This document shows, piece after piece, positions 10,201 to 18,074 of a stretch of 55,792 nucleotides of DNA (position 1 is the first letter of the stretch; the number at the start of each line of letters is the position of its first letter). The translations under genes were made by a program, and so were the position numbers. This stretch comes from Candidatus Micrarchaeota archaeon (GTDB lineage: Archaea > Micrarchaeota > Micrarchaeia > Micrarchaeales > Micrarchaeaceae). Under the pieces are notes generated by a model that was not told the DNA's origin, searched no databases, and saw only the letters and a program-made list of their open reading frames with translations. The stretch spans positions 1-55,792 of the forward strand of contig JACWAL010000003.1 in NCBI GenBank assembly GCA_014874295.1. Direction: 5' to 3'.

Positions 10201-10679
10201 TGGCCTCAAACGGCATAGCCATCAACATACAGAATCCGATCCTGAGCACCGCATGGGTGTATGCGGGCTCGCTCAACGCGAACTGGAGCGACCTGTCATA
10301 CGGCGGCACCGCCAATTTCAGCAGCACCAACCCTGTCTACAACCACACCCACTCAGTAGCGTTCACGCCGAGCGCGCAATGGGGTGCGCTGTCCATGTAC
10401 ACACCCAACCAGATAAACGACAGCGCGGGCTACAACGGCATATCATTCTACATAAACGGCGGCAGCACAAACGAGACGATAACTGTGCTCCTCGAGGGCC
10501 CCTCGACCGGCTATAAGGGAGTCGCGGCCGGTACAACCAGCGGCTCATGGCAGCATTTCTTCGTGCCGATGAGCTCCCTTGATCCTGGATACGTGCCGTT
10601 CGACCGCATAGACTTCATAAGCAGCGGCCTGGCGGGCAACAGGTTCTACGTGGACGACATAGCGTTGCGGCCGCGATGA
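7203..10679 (+). CDS. membrane-anchored multidomain GH18 chitinase-like glycoside hydrolase
   Basis: N-terminal TM segment (AAILIMVSVTIAIAAVGIG). Thr-rich/poly-Gly linker (TTTTS...GGGFGGGGFGGGG). Two ~93-aa tandem CHB_HEX_C-like modules. GH18 barrel with an intact catalytic motif YDGIDLDIE (8901..8924). Ig-like domain (DTTPPTVSFVYPSNG...). C-terminal CBM-like beta-sandwich (...RFYVDDIAL). Confidence 0.85.
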   Translation: MDLRSLWAASGKEGGTPNKNPAHSGVASGTAGGHRPDYRHAAILIMVSVTIAIAAVGIGTYAHNQRQASIPRMQCARLTEYECVSALIRENGSIMVNVTNTGASALSIGSAGCNTDLANTPQERVNIAIGPGSTASFPLQCYNDIAPLSSINVLSSYILLNTSILPGVSLTAAEKLYNVINGTEHTVFTTVSTVPTTTTSTFPSASTTPTISTTTVPTTPEVGGGFGGGGFGGGGAAATTTPSTTVSITTMATTTIAEVVSTSFSALTQSNSAYVPGTWTNGNYVTVALACSATSGTCNATYYCTDTANACPPSVKYSSPVKVSTAGISYIRYYSTDNVGHSGSVKSNTIKIDSNIPITAATAVTASGGAYAFGTHQNTSYVSVSLSCSESPSGCNATYYCTDTSSTCTPTYRYSVPVVVSLNGTSYIRYYSTDNAGTSGAVKGNIIDLTVPQASQFGGKWVSAYYAAWQQEANNPAPNSIDYSAVSLIVHFNINPYANGSLDLFNGFNNPNVSYAAISAAHAHGKKIVITVGGAYDGALYDAAMSPSNVSAFVTNLVNFMTARGYDGIDLDIEPIENATRFQTFVPMLANAMKAANPSAILTIAYDGNYSYAVPVQQYFQQINIMSYDMSGAFPGWVTWFNSPIYSGGCIFKSTLRPVPSINQSVSQAIAAGINKSKIGIGIEFYGAVWKGGIGVPNGTGTSSSPGVYGPCQSWNLSSSSYYPAVSEDVAYSTLAKEFASYPVYWDSAARESYISVVNKTNQANNEFVSFDNPLAVAAKALFIKQRGIGGVILYELGGGYISSNGTEPLLEAVKQAFANGIIPNSTTFYVTRAPQIPDNTTKVSISARATNLYGIANMSIYVDNSIAATCKAASACNVTAGPFVPNTIHTYYVSAIGNPPGNVPNATQTYTFNVIPRDTTPPTVSFVYPSNGMTVSNTVVVNVSSTDSGTGVASVKLYIGNTLLGTATTAPYRFPLNTWLYGNGAKTLTAYSTDYANNVASNGIAINIQNPILSTAWVYAGSLNANWSDLSYGGTANFSSTNPVYNHTHSVAFTPSAQWGALSMYTPNQINDSAGYNGISFYINGGSTNETITVLLEGPSTGYKGVAAGTTSGSWQHFFVPMSSLDPGYVPFDRIDFISSGLAGNRFYVDDIALRPR
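7986..8552 (+). repeat. tandem duplicated ~93-aa domain inside the GH18 protein
   Basis: Two copies share ...CNATYYCTDT..C.P...YS.PV.VS..G.SYIRYYSTDN.G.SG.VK.N.I.., resembling chitobiase/hexosaminidase C-terminal-type domains. Confidence 0.75.
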
Positions 10680-10753
10680 CGGCCAATGCGCCATGCCCCA
10701 CTGCGATGGTTGAAGAAAGCGATGCCCCTCAGGTTCGCCGCGGGACGCAAAAC

Positions 10754-10846
10754 TGCCGCTGGCAGGATTTGAACCTGCGACATTCCGGTTTCTGCCTCGC
10801 ATTGCAAGGCCTTCAGCCGGACGCTCTCCCACTGAGCTACAGCGGC
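10754..10846 (-). tRNA. tRNA-Phe (GAA) with a 21-nt intron at canonical position 37/38
   Basis: Acceptor GCCGCTG/CAGCGGC. D arm GCTC-AGTGGGA-GAGC. Anticodon stem TCCGG/CCGGA enclosing CTGAAG[GCCTTGCAATGCGAGGCAGAA]A. T arm GCAGG-TTCAAAT-CCTGC. Discriminator A. Confidence 0.9.
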
Positions 10847-10905
10847 AACAAACAGTTTATTAGTCCTACATTAACGAATATAAGCATTTCCTAACCGGTG
10901 TTCTT

Positions 10906-12462
10906 GTGGAAAGCTCTTGGGAGCGCATACGACCGTATGGCTCGCTGGTTAACACGTCGCTCGTCGAACCGCGGGGCTACCAGATAAACATCGCGCTCAG
11001 CATCTACACAGGAAGGAACTCACTGGTCGTGCTGCCCACGGGCCTGGGCAAGACCCTGATAGCTGTCCTCGCGGTAGCGAAGGCCGTGCGGGACGGCAAG
11101 AAGGCAGCCTTCCTCGCCCCCACTAAGCCGTTGAGCGAGCAGCACTATAACACATTGGTCAGGATGCTGAACCTGCCGGGCGACGAGATACTGCTGCTCA
11201 CCGGGAAGACAAAGGCGAGCGAACGCGAGGCGCTGGAGACGCATGCGAAGGTCATAGCCGCAACCCCGCAGACGATAGCGAACGACATCAAGCTCGGCAA
11301 GCTCAGCGCCTCCGACTTCGGGGTCGTCATATTCGATGAGTGCCACAAGGCTGTTGGCAAGTACGCGTACACGTACGTTGCCGACGAGTGCAAGCTGATG
11401 GGCGTCCAGCTGATCGGGCTGACCGCCTCTCCGGGAAGCAGCCGCGACAAGATAAACATGATAGTCAAGGCGCTCGGCATAGAGAACATAGAGATAAGGA
11501 CCAGTATGGACGCCGACGTGGTTCCGTACGTCATGGACAAGTCGACTATGGTGCTGTACGTGGACAGGGGCAGCATGATCGGGGAGATAATGGGCATACT
11601 CAAGCCGATAATGCAGGAGCACATGCAGAAGCTCTATAGCAAGGGGCTCACCTATTCCGCGTCGATAGAGAACATGCCCAAGAAGCGGCTCATAGAGATC
11701 GGCAACAGCATACAGAAGATAGAGGCACCGAACTACAAGTTCATGGCCCTCTTCCACTACGTCTACCTGATAAACCTCTTCCATGCGTACGAGCTCGTGA
11801 GCACTGAGGGGCTCTACCCCTTCGTTTCCTATTTCGACTCGCTCAATGCAAGGGAGAAGAAGAGCCGGGCGGTGCAGAGCATACTGGCCAGCAAGGAGAT
11901 AGCGAACGCGATCAAGATCGCAAGGGAGTCACTCAATGCAGGAATGGAACACCCCAAGATGGCGAGGGTCGTGGATCTCGTGAAGAGGGACCTGTCCGGG
12001 AAGAGCATGATAATATTCGCACAGTACCGCTCTACGATAAGGAAGATTGCGGAGCTGCTCAATTCCAATGGCATAGACGCCCGCACGTTCGCGGGCAAGA
12101 AGGACGGTGTCACTCTCCAGCAGCAGCAGGCCGTACTTGACGACTTCCGACAGGGTAAGTTCAAGGTCCTCGTCTCGACCTCGATAGGCGAGGAAGGGCT
12201 GGACATACCTTCAGTGGATGCAGTCATATTCTACGAGCCCATACCGAGCGAGATAAGGACGATACAGAGGAAGGGTCGCGCGGGCAGGATGCGCATCGGC
12301 CACGTCATAATACTCGTGGCGAGGGGCACGAAGGATGAAGCCTATCTCACGATATCGAGGACGCGGGAGAAGCGCATGCGCGAGACTGTGGAGATGATAA
12401 GGGCATCGCTCGACAGGCACCGTACTGCCAAGGCCATCGGTGGAACCCAGCAAACCCTTTAA
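10906..12462 (+). CDS. hef: Hef/FANCM-type SF2 helicase (helicase domains only, no ERCC4 nuclease domain)
   Basis: EPRGYQ, PTGLGKT (Walker A), DECH, TASPG and QRKGRAGR in the Hef arrangement. GTG start. 518 aa, ending right after helicase motif VI. Confidence 0.85.
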   Translation: MESSWERIRPYGSLVNTSLVEPRGYQINIALSIYTGRNSLVVLPTGLGKTLIAVLAVAKAVRDGKKAAFLAPTKPLSEQHYNTLVRMLNLPGDEILLLTGKTKASEREALETHAKVIAATPQTIANDIKLGKLSASDFGVVIFDECHKAVGKYAYTYVADECKLMGVQLIGLTASPGSSRDKINMIVKALGIENIEIRTSMDADVVPYVMDKSTMVLYVDRGSMIGEIMGILKPIMQEHMQKLYSKGLTYSASIENMPKKRLIEIGNSIQKIEAPNYKFMALFHYVYLINLFHAYELVSTEGLYPFVSYFDSLNAREKKSRAVQSILASKEIANAIKIARESLNAGMEHPKMARVVDLVKRDLSGKSMIIFAQYRSTIRKIAELLNSNGIDARTFAGKKDGVTLQQQQAVLDDFRQGKFKVLVSTSIGEEGLDIPSVDAVIFYEPIPSEIRTIQRKGRAGRMRIGHVIILVARGTKDEAYLTISRTREKRMRETVEMIRASLDRHRTAKAIGGTQQTL

Positions 12463-12508
12463 TATTTTGCCTTGCAGGTAAGTTTTGGTTGTATGATCGG
12501 GTGGTAAC

Positions 12509-13594
12509 GTGGATGCGTGCAGGGAAAGGCTTCAGAAGGTGTTCGAGTCCACTGATACCGACGTGATAGTGCTGCCGAACGGGGTGCAGCCGTACAGCAA
12601 CTTCTTTTACACCACCGGCGTCGAAGGAGGACTGTTCGAGGGTGCAACCGCCCTGCTCACGGAAGATGGAACCACGCTCCTGCTGAGCGTACTCTCTGAT
12701 GAAAATGCGCTGAGGAGGGTGAGCAGGTCCGTGCATGTGAGGAAGTTCAGCACGGGCAAGGAAGCCGAGTCCATGATAAGAAAGTACACGAAGGGAAAGG
12801 TGGTTGGTTTCGATGGGGCTGCGCTGCCATTCAACTCCCACAGAAAGATGAAGGTGCTTGCCGAACCAAGGCGCATGGTCGATGTGTCTGGCGTCCTGGA
12901 GGATGCGAGGTCGGTGAAGGGCGAGGATGAAATTGAGAATATACGCCATGCGGTGAGGATCGCCAAGCGCGCGTTCAGTGACATAGAGAACTCGTTCAAG
13001 CCCGGTATAACTGAGAAGGAACTCGCTTCAAACTTCGACTCGCTCGTCGAGGAACAGGGTTCGTCAAATTCGTTCGAGACCATCGTGTGCTTCGGGAAGA
13101 ACTCCTCTATACCCCACCATGTATCGGACAGCACAAGGCTGAAGCCCAACAGCCTCATACTCATTGACGCGGGCGCGAAGCACAACGGCTACTGCTCTGA
13201 CATAACCAGGACGTTCATGTTCAGGCCCGATAAGTCAAGTGCCTCATATGGAAGGATGGCAGACATGTACGAGACAGTAAAAGGGGCGCAGCGCGCAGCC
13301 CTCGAAGCAGCAAAATCCGGGGCGTACGGCGACTCGGTCCACAAGGCGGCGGAAGAGACCATAAACCGCCACAATGGCGGGATTTACAAGGGCAAGTTCA
13401 TCCACGGACTCGGCCACTCGATAGGCATAGACGTGCATGACAGTGAGAAATGGGCGCTGGCACCGCGCTGCCACCAGAGGATAAGGGAGGGTATGGTCTT
13501 CAGCGACGAGCCGGGCATCTACGTCGAGGGTTTCGGTGGTGTGAGGATAGAGGACGACATACTCATAACGCAGGACGAAGCAACCATGCTGTGA
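12509..13594 (+). CDS. M24 family Xaa-Pro aminopeptidase/dipeptidase
   Basis: Pita-bread metal ligand blocks: IDAGAKHNGYCSDITRT, HGLGHSIGIDVHD, SDEPGIY and GGVRIEDDI. GTG start. Confidence 0.88.
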   Translation: MDACRERLQKVFESTDTDVIVLPNGVQPYSNFFYTTGVEGGLFEGATALLTEDGTTLLLSVLSDENALRRVSRSVHVRKFSTGKEAESMIRKYTKGKVVGFDGAALPFNSHRKMKVLAEPRRMVDVSGVLEDARSVKGEDEIENIRHAVRIAKRAFSDIENSFKPGITEKELASNFDSLVEEQGSSNSFETIVCFGKNSSIPHHVSDSTRLKPNSLILIDAGAKHNGYCSDITRTFMFRPDKSSASYGRMADMYETVKGAQRAALEAAKSGAYGDSVHKAAEETINRHNGGIYKGKFIHGLGHSIGIDVHDSEKWALAPRCHQRIREGMVFSDEPGIYVEGFGGVRIEDDILITQDEATML

Positions 13595-13668
13595 ATGAGG
13601 TCCGATAGCAAGTCTTTTATATATTAACATTCTAGTGTAACAATATAGTTACCTTGGAGTGACGATAG

Positions 13669-14259
13669 ATGGAAAAAACCTCCCTCTACAGGATTAGGGA
13701 CGCCGCCATCAATTCGAGGAGGGCCGTCTTCTCTGCGCAGCAGCTCTCCAATCTTACTGGGAGGCCAAGACCAATTGCAAAGGTCTATCTCTCCCGCCTT
13801 GTGAAGGCCCAGCTCGCGCAGCGGCTTGTTAGAGGCAAGATATCATTCGTAGACGACAACTACGTGGAGGCGACGCAGATGATCGAGCCGTCGTACGTGT
13901 CGCTCGACTCCGCACTCCTATTTCACGGGATCATACAGCAGATACAGGCGAGTGTCGAGTGCGTCACCCCGATAAATTCGATCAGGTTCAAGAGCCTGGG
14001 CATAATCTACCACAAGGTGCCAAAGAGCCTGTTTTTCGGTTACTCGAGGCACGAAAGAATGGGCAGCTACGTGTTCGTCGCGGAGCTCGAGAAGGCGTTT
14101 ATCGACGGCCTGTATCTAAACAGATATGGACTATCTGACTTACTGGAGCATGCATCTAGCCTGGATATCAGAAAGCTCGCCACACTATCGACCAGGTTCG
14201 ACGGCAGAGGGAGCCACAAGATAATTAGGGTGGTTAAATCATTACAAAAGAGGAATTGA
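13669..14259 (+). CDS. abiEi: AbiEi-family antitoxin / transcriptional regulator (type IV TA)
   Basis: ~196-aa protein with an N-terminal wHTH-like region, directly upstream of an AbiEii nucleotidyltransferase and overlapping it (TGATG junction at 14256). Size and pairing match COG5340-type partners. Confidence 0.7.
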   Translation: MEKTSLYRIRDAAINSRRAVFSAQQLSNLTGRPRPIAKVYLSRLVKAQLAQRLVRGKISFVDDNYVEATQMIEPSYVSLDSALLFHGIIQQIQASVECVTPINSIRFKSLGIIYHKVPKSLFFGYSRHERMGSYVFVAELEKAFIDGLYLNRYGLSDLLEHASSLDIRKLATLSTRFDGRGSHKIIRVVKSLQKRN

Positions 14260-14984
14260 TGGATATAGCAAGGCTGTACGGGTACCGACCATGGCAGCAA
14301 GAGAAACACTACATACAATCGTTAATACTGAATGCCATGGCGGGCTTCCCAGCGGTCTTTAAGGGTGGCACCTACCTTTGGTTCTTCCACGGCCTTCAAA
14401 GGTTCTCAGAGGATCTTGACTTCACAGTCTCTGACGGGTTGCCAGCCAAAATCATTGAGGTAGTGTCCGCCAGCCTTGATCTGATGGGTGTGGCAAATAC
14501 CGTGAAAGTGATCAGCGACGACGGCATGGGATCGTCGTTCAGAGTGATGGCCAATGGCCCTCTCCACACTGGCGACAAAAACCGGTGCGCGGTGTATGTG
14601 GAGATGAGCAAAAGGGAACAGGTACTCCGCGACAGGATACCTGTCAGGCTCGAGCGGCCGGAATACCAGCTCCCTATAAAGCACCTTCTCGGGATGGGGC
14701 TGGACGAGGTGGCCGCAGAGAAGGCGAGAGCCATACTGGTGAGAGACAAGGCAAGGGATGTCTACGATCTGCACTATCTGATAACCAGGAAATCAGTGCC
14801 ATTCGACGCCGGGTTGGTCAATAAGAAGCTCGAGATTTACGGGGCCACATTCTCGAAGGCCACTTTCATGAAGGCGGTTGGGAAAAAGCGGCAACTCTAC
14901 TCGAAGGAGCTGGAGAGCATGGTCTTCGACGACCTGCCCGGTTTCAAAGGCGTGATGGCAAGCATCAGCAAGTGGGCCACCTGA
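14256..14984 (+). CDS. abiEii: AbiEii/AbiGii-family nucleotidyltransferase toxin (DUF1814)
   Basis: FKGGTYLWFFHGLQRFSEDLDFT is the hallmark N-terminal NTase motif of the family. Downstream ARDVYDL helix. 242 aa. Confidence 0.85.
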   Translation: MMDIARLYGYRPWQQEKHYIQSLILNAMAGFPAVFKGGTYLWFFHGLQRFSEDLDFTVSDGLPAKIIEVVSASLDLMGVANTVKVISDDGMGSSFRVMANGPLHTGDKNRCAVYVEMSKREQVLRDRIPVRLERPEYQLPIKHLLGMGLDEVAAEKARAILVRDKARDVYDLHYLITRKSVPFDAGLVNKKLEIYGATFSKATFMKAVGKKRQLYSKELESMVFDDLPGFKGVMASISKWAT

Positions 14985-15064
14985 TAGCAGGTCAAGGATG
15001 ACATACTCGTAACTAGGAACGGTGCGGTCGTGCTCTGAGTGGAGCCACAGCTACCCTGCTTTGG

Positions 15065-15106
15065 AAGCAAAAGAAAAGAAGAAAAGAAAAAAAGAAGGAA
15101 AAAGGG
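15065..15106 (-). terminator. oligo-T/pyrimidine tract terminator downstream of the 15115..15474 gene
   Basis: On the minus strand, CCCTTTTTCCTTCTTTTTTTCTTTTCTTCTTTTCTTTTGC begins 8 nt after the TAA stop. Archaeal termination uses T-runs. Confidence 0.55.
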
Positions 15107-15114
15107 CTAACGGA

Positions 15115-15474
15115 TTACCTCTTTGCGCCAGAAAGTCCGGATCCTATCACGCCGAGCACCAGGGCAAGAGCCGCCAGACCGAACGGAAGGGCCTCTGTGT
15201 ACGTCAGGATCACGAGCGCAAAGCCCACGATAAGGACTGCCTTGTCAGCCGCGCGCACGAACCTCGCCTCATCCTTCGACATCAGAGTGCCCAGGCTAGC
15301 AAGGAACAGGACTATCGATCCGACCACTGCCGCTCCATAGAGCAACGGCGTCCATATCTGCCCGTACGTGCTGGCCGACAGCGATGACGCCCATATGAAG
15401 GTCACCGCCAGGTATATCAGGCTCGCTATCAGTTCCAGGGCGAAGACCCCGTACTTAGAATTGCTTTTAGCCAT
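15115..15474 (-). CDS. small integral membrane protein (about 4 TM segments)
   Basis: 119 aa, almost entirely hydrophobic helices (ALELIASLIYLAVTFIWA..., VVGSIVLFLASLG..., VLIVGFALVILTY..., LAALALVLGVIGSG). Confidence 0.6.
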   Translation of the reverse strand: MAKSNSKYGVFALELIASLIYLAVTFIWASSLSASTYGQIWTPLLYGAAVVGSIVLFLASLGTLMSKDEARFVRAADKAVLIVGFALVILTYTEALPFGLAALALVLGVIGSGLSGAKR

Positions 15475-15595
15475 TGTATCACACTATAAGCTTCTACGCA
15501 AAGCTTTTAAATCTTATTGTCGGCATAAGGCTTTCAACGTAAACATTTTTATTCCATAATCGTGGAATATATCACAATACAGACTTGGTGACTGC

Positions 15596-16483
15596 ATGCA
15601 CGTTTTGAACTCCCTGCCGCCGCACAACCTTTTTGGCATTGAGGAGCAGGACTACAAGACAGCAAGGATAGCAGTGCTCCCGATACCGTACGATTCCGCG
15701 TCCACGTACGGCCCGGGATCGAGGTTCGGCCCCGATGCGATAATAGAGGCCAGCAGGTACCTGGAGCTCTACGACATAGATACGAGGAGCGACCCCACGA
15801 AGCTCGGCGTCTTCACACTCGAACAGCTCGCCCCGGATTTTGCTTCCCCGGAGCGCATGGTCAGACGGATAAGCAAGGAGGTGTCGATAATCCTGCAGGA
15901 CAGGAAGGTGCCCCTTTTGCTTGGAGGGGAGCACACCGTTGCGGTAGGTGCGATGGACGCACTCTCCAACACACGCAAGGAGTTCACGGTGCTGCACTTC
16001 GACGCGCATTCGGATTCGCGCGACGAGCTCTACGGCAGCAAATACTGCCACGCGTGCGCGATGGCGCGCATTGCGGAGCTGCATAATGACTATTACAGCA
16101 TCGGCATAAGGAGCATAGACAAGGACAGCGCCATGAGGAAGAGCAACCGCATAATCTACATGAAGGCCATCCATTCCATGGGGATCAAGGCGCTTGCGGG
16201 CCTGCTCGCGATGAAGTCCGCCAAGAACGTCTACATCACGTTCGACTTCGATGCCCTCGACCCCAGCGAGATGCCCAGCACCGGAACTCCTGAACCAGAC
16301 GGGTTCAGGTTCTCCGAGGTCATGGAACTGTTCTCGCTGCTGCTGCCGAAGAAGAACCTGATAGGCATGGACTTCACGGAGCTGGCGCCCATGCCGGGAA
16401 TGCGCGCCCCGGACTTCCTCGCTGCCAAGCTGATATACGGCACACTCGCTTACGCATTCGCTGGGAAACCCACAAAGGCTTAA
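15596..16483 (+). CDS. speB: agmatinase (arginase/ureohydrolase family)
   Basis: Mn-ligand blocks GGEHTV, HFDAHSD and FDFDALDP..PSTGTPEPDG. Confidence 0.9.
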   Translation: MHVLNSLPPHNLFGIEEQDYKTARIAVLPIPYDSASTYGPGSRFGPDAIIEASRYLELYDIDTRSDPTKLGVFTLEQLAPDFASPERMVRRISKEVSIILQDRKVPLLLGGEHTVAVGAMDALSNTRKEFTVLHFDAHSDSRDELYGSKYCHACAMARIAELHNDYYSIGIRSIDKDSAMRKSNRIIYMKAIHSMGIKALAGLLAMKSAKNVYITFDFDALDPSEMPSTGTPEPDGFRFSEVMELFSLLLPKKNLIGMDFTELAPMPGMRAPDFLAAKLIYGTLAYAFAGKPTKA

Positions 16484-16558
16484 AAGCGTTGGTAGAGATT
16501 TCCAATAAGTGGTTTAATAGGAACTGGAAACAAACCTACAGCCGCGTTCATACTCACC

Positions 16559-16909
16559 TTGATAGGTGGTATCTTCGTGCTGCTTGGTGGAGTGGCCATA
16601 GCTGCGATGGGTGCCGTGTTCGGCGCCGCGGGCAGCGTGGCGGGATCTACGAGATTCGCAGTACCAGGGATGCTGTTCGGAGGAGATGGGTACCTTATGG
16701 TAGGACTCGGTGCGCTCGGCATCGTACTCGGTGCGCTGCTGATACTTGCCTCGACGAAGATAGACAGCACAAATGCGTCAAAGATAAAGCTTTGGTCGAT
16801 ACTGGCGCTCGTCTTCAGCCTGATAAGCCTGGCCGCGGGAGCCGGATTCCTCGTTGGGTTCGTCCTTGCGCTCGTGGGCAGCATACTCGGCATAGTGCAC
16901 AAGGGCTGA
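16559..16909 (+). CDS. small Gly/Ala-rich integral membrane protein
   Basis: 116 aa with 3-4 hydrophobic segments. TTG is the only start codon in the open frame, so the start is uncertain. Confidence 0.5.
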   Translation: MIGGIFVLLGGVAIAAMGAVFGAAGSVAGSTRFAVPGMLFGGDGYLMVGLGALGIVLGALLILASTKIDSTNASKIKLWSILALVFSLISLAAGAGFLVGFVLALVGSILGIVHKG

Positions 16910-16911
16910 AC

Positions 16912-16953
16912 GCAAAAGGCTTTTGCCCGGCATGGCCGGGCATTTCTCGTTTT
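16912..16953 (+). terminator. two adjacent palindromes followed by a T-rich tract
   Basis: GCAAAAG-G-CTTTTGC (16912..16926) and CCCGGC-ATG-GCCGGG (16926..16940), then CATTTCTCGTTTT, 3 nt after the stop codon of the upstream gene. Confidence 0.45.
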
Positions 16954-17038
16954 ACTGCCATGCATAAGCAGTTCCAGTAATGCGGAAATCTGCGCAACCT
17001 TATTAGGTGCGATATGAGAATGCAATTCAGGTGACCAT

Positions 17039-17182
17039 ATGACGAAACTGACCGACCCGGTCTGCAGGATGGGGGTGTTCACCCCAATCTTCAGGAGCGA
17101 CTACAACGGCAAGGAGTACGTGTTCTGCTCAATGTCGTGCAAGCTCAGGTTCGACAAGACTCCTGAGAAGTACGTGAAGTGA
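17039..17182 (+). CDS. YHS/TRASH-domain small metal-binding protein (47 aa)
   Basis: Not in the ORF track because it is under 60 aa. Sequence: MTKLTDPVCRMGVFTPIFRSDYNGKEYVFCSMSCKLRFDKTPEKYVK. Matches the YHS pattern DPVC.M.V....Y.G..Y.FCS..C...F...P..Y. AGGTGA Shine-Dalgarno sits 4 nt upstream. Confidence 0.75.
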   Translation: MTKLTDPVCRMGVFTPIFRSDYNGKEYVFCSMSCKLRFDKTPEKYVK

Positions 17183-17220
17183 GTCACAAGCCCTGCCGCG
17201 CGTGGCTGTCATTCGGCACT

Positions 17221-17991
17221 TCAATGCTTTGTCAGCCTGAGGTATGAATCTGTGTACTTGTCGATTGTGCCGAGGTCGTATGCCTCCTTGACAAGTACCG
17301 CCTTGAACCTGATGCCCTTCTGTATGAGCGCCTCTATCGCGGGCGTGAGCTGTATCTCTCCAAAGGCGTCGGGCCTGGTGTTGTGCAGCTCCTCGAATAT
17401 GCGCCTGTCGAACCTGTAATAGGGCATCGCGACGGTCGTGCCCTTCGGGTTTCTCGGCTTCTCCTCTATTGCCATTATGTTCCCCGATGAGTCTGTGACC
17501 ACAACGCCGTAGTTTTCAGGGTCGCTGACCTTCGTCACCAATATGGAGTGCATCGGCATGTCCGGCAGCCTTCCTGGTATGTGGTCCGCCCCCACGACGA
17601 GGAAATCATCGCCTACGAAGTGCTCACCCCTCATGACGGCGTCGCCGAAGCCGCGCTTGGCGAGCTGGTTGACCCACGTTATGTCGCTCTTCTCGATGAG
17701 CGAGTAGAACCTCTCGAGTTCCTCGGCCTGCCGTCTCTTCTTGCCGTCCAGCTTCTTGGTGAACTCGTAGTCAGGGGTAAAATGGTCCTCTATCACCCTC
17801 TTTCCCCTTCCCACCACCATGACGAAGTCCCTGATTCCCTTGGAGTACAGCTGCTCGAATACTATTTGGATTATGGGCTTGAAGGAGCCGTCGAATGGGA
17901 CGGGCAGCATCTCCTTCGGTATCTCTTTAGTGGCAGGAAGCAGCCTCGTGCCGTACCCTGCAGCAGTTATGATTGCGTCCAAGGTATACAC
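17221..17991 (-). CDS. sugar-1-phosphate nucleotidyltransferase (UTP-glucose-1-phosphate uridylyltransferase-like)
   Basis: N-terminal AIITAAGYGTRLLPATKEIPKEMLPV is the GalU-type signature. Confidence 0.85.
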   Translation of the reverse strand: MYTLDAIITAAGYGTRLLPATKEIPKEMLPVPFDGSFKPIIQIVFEQLYSKGIRDFVMVVGRGKRVIEDHFTPDYEFTKKLDGKKRRQAEELERFYSLIEKSDITWVNQLAKRGFGDAVMRGEHFVGDDFLVVGADHIPGRLPDMPMHSILVTKVSDPENYGVVVTDSSGNIMAIEEKPRNPKGTTVAMPYYRFDRRIFEELHNTRPDAFGEIQLTPAIEALIQKGIRFKAVLVKEAYDLGTIDKYTDSYLRLTKH

Positions 17992-18074
17992 TGGTTTCTA
18001 GTACCTCATGGAACATATTTAGATTGCTGGGCAGAAACATAAAACGCAGCACTATATCAGAGGCAAGTGTGTGA

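Noticed and set aside
15022-15387. 121-aa plus-strand ORF with a KEKKKRKKEGKR segment
   Set aside because: The basic stretch is simply the translation of the purine tract. The rest is antisense to a convincing membrane-protein gene.
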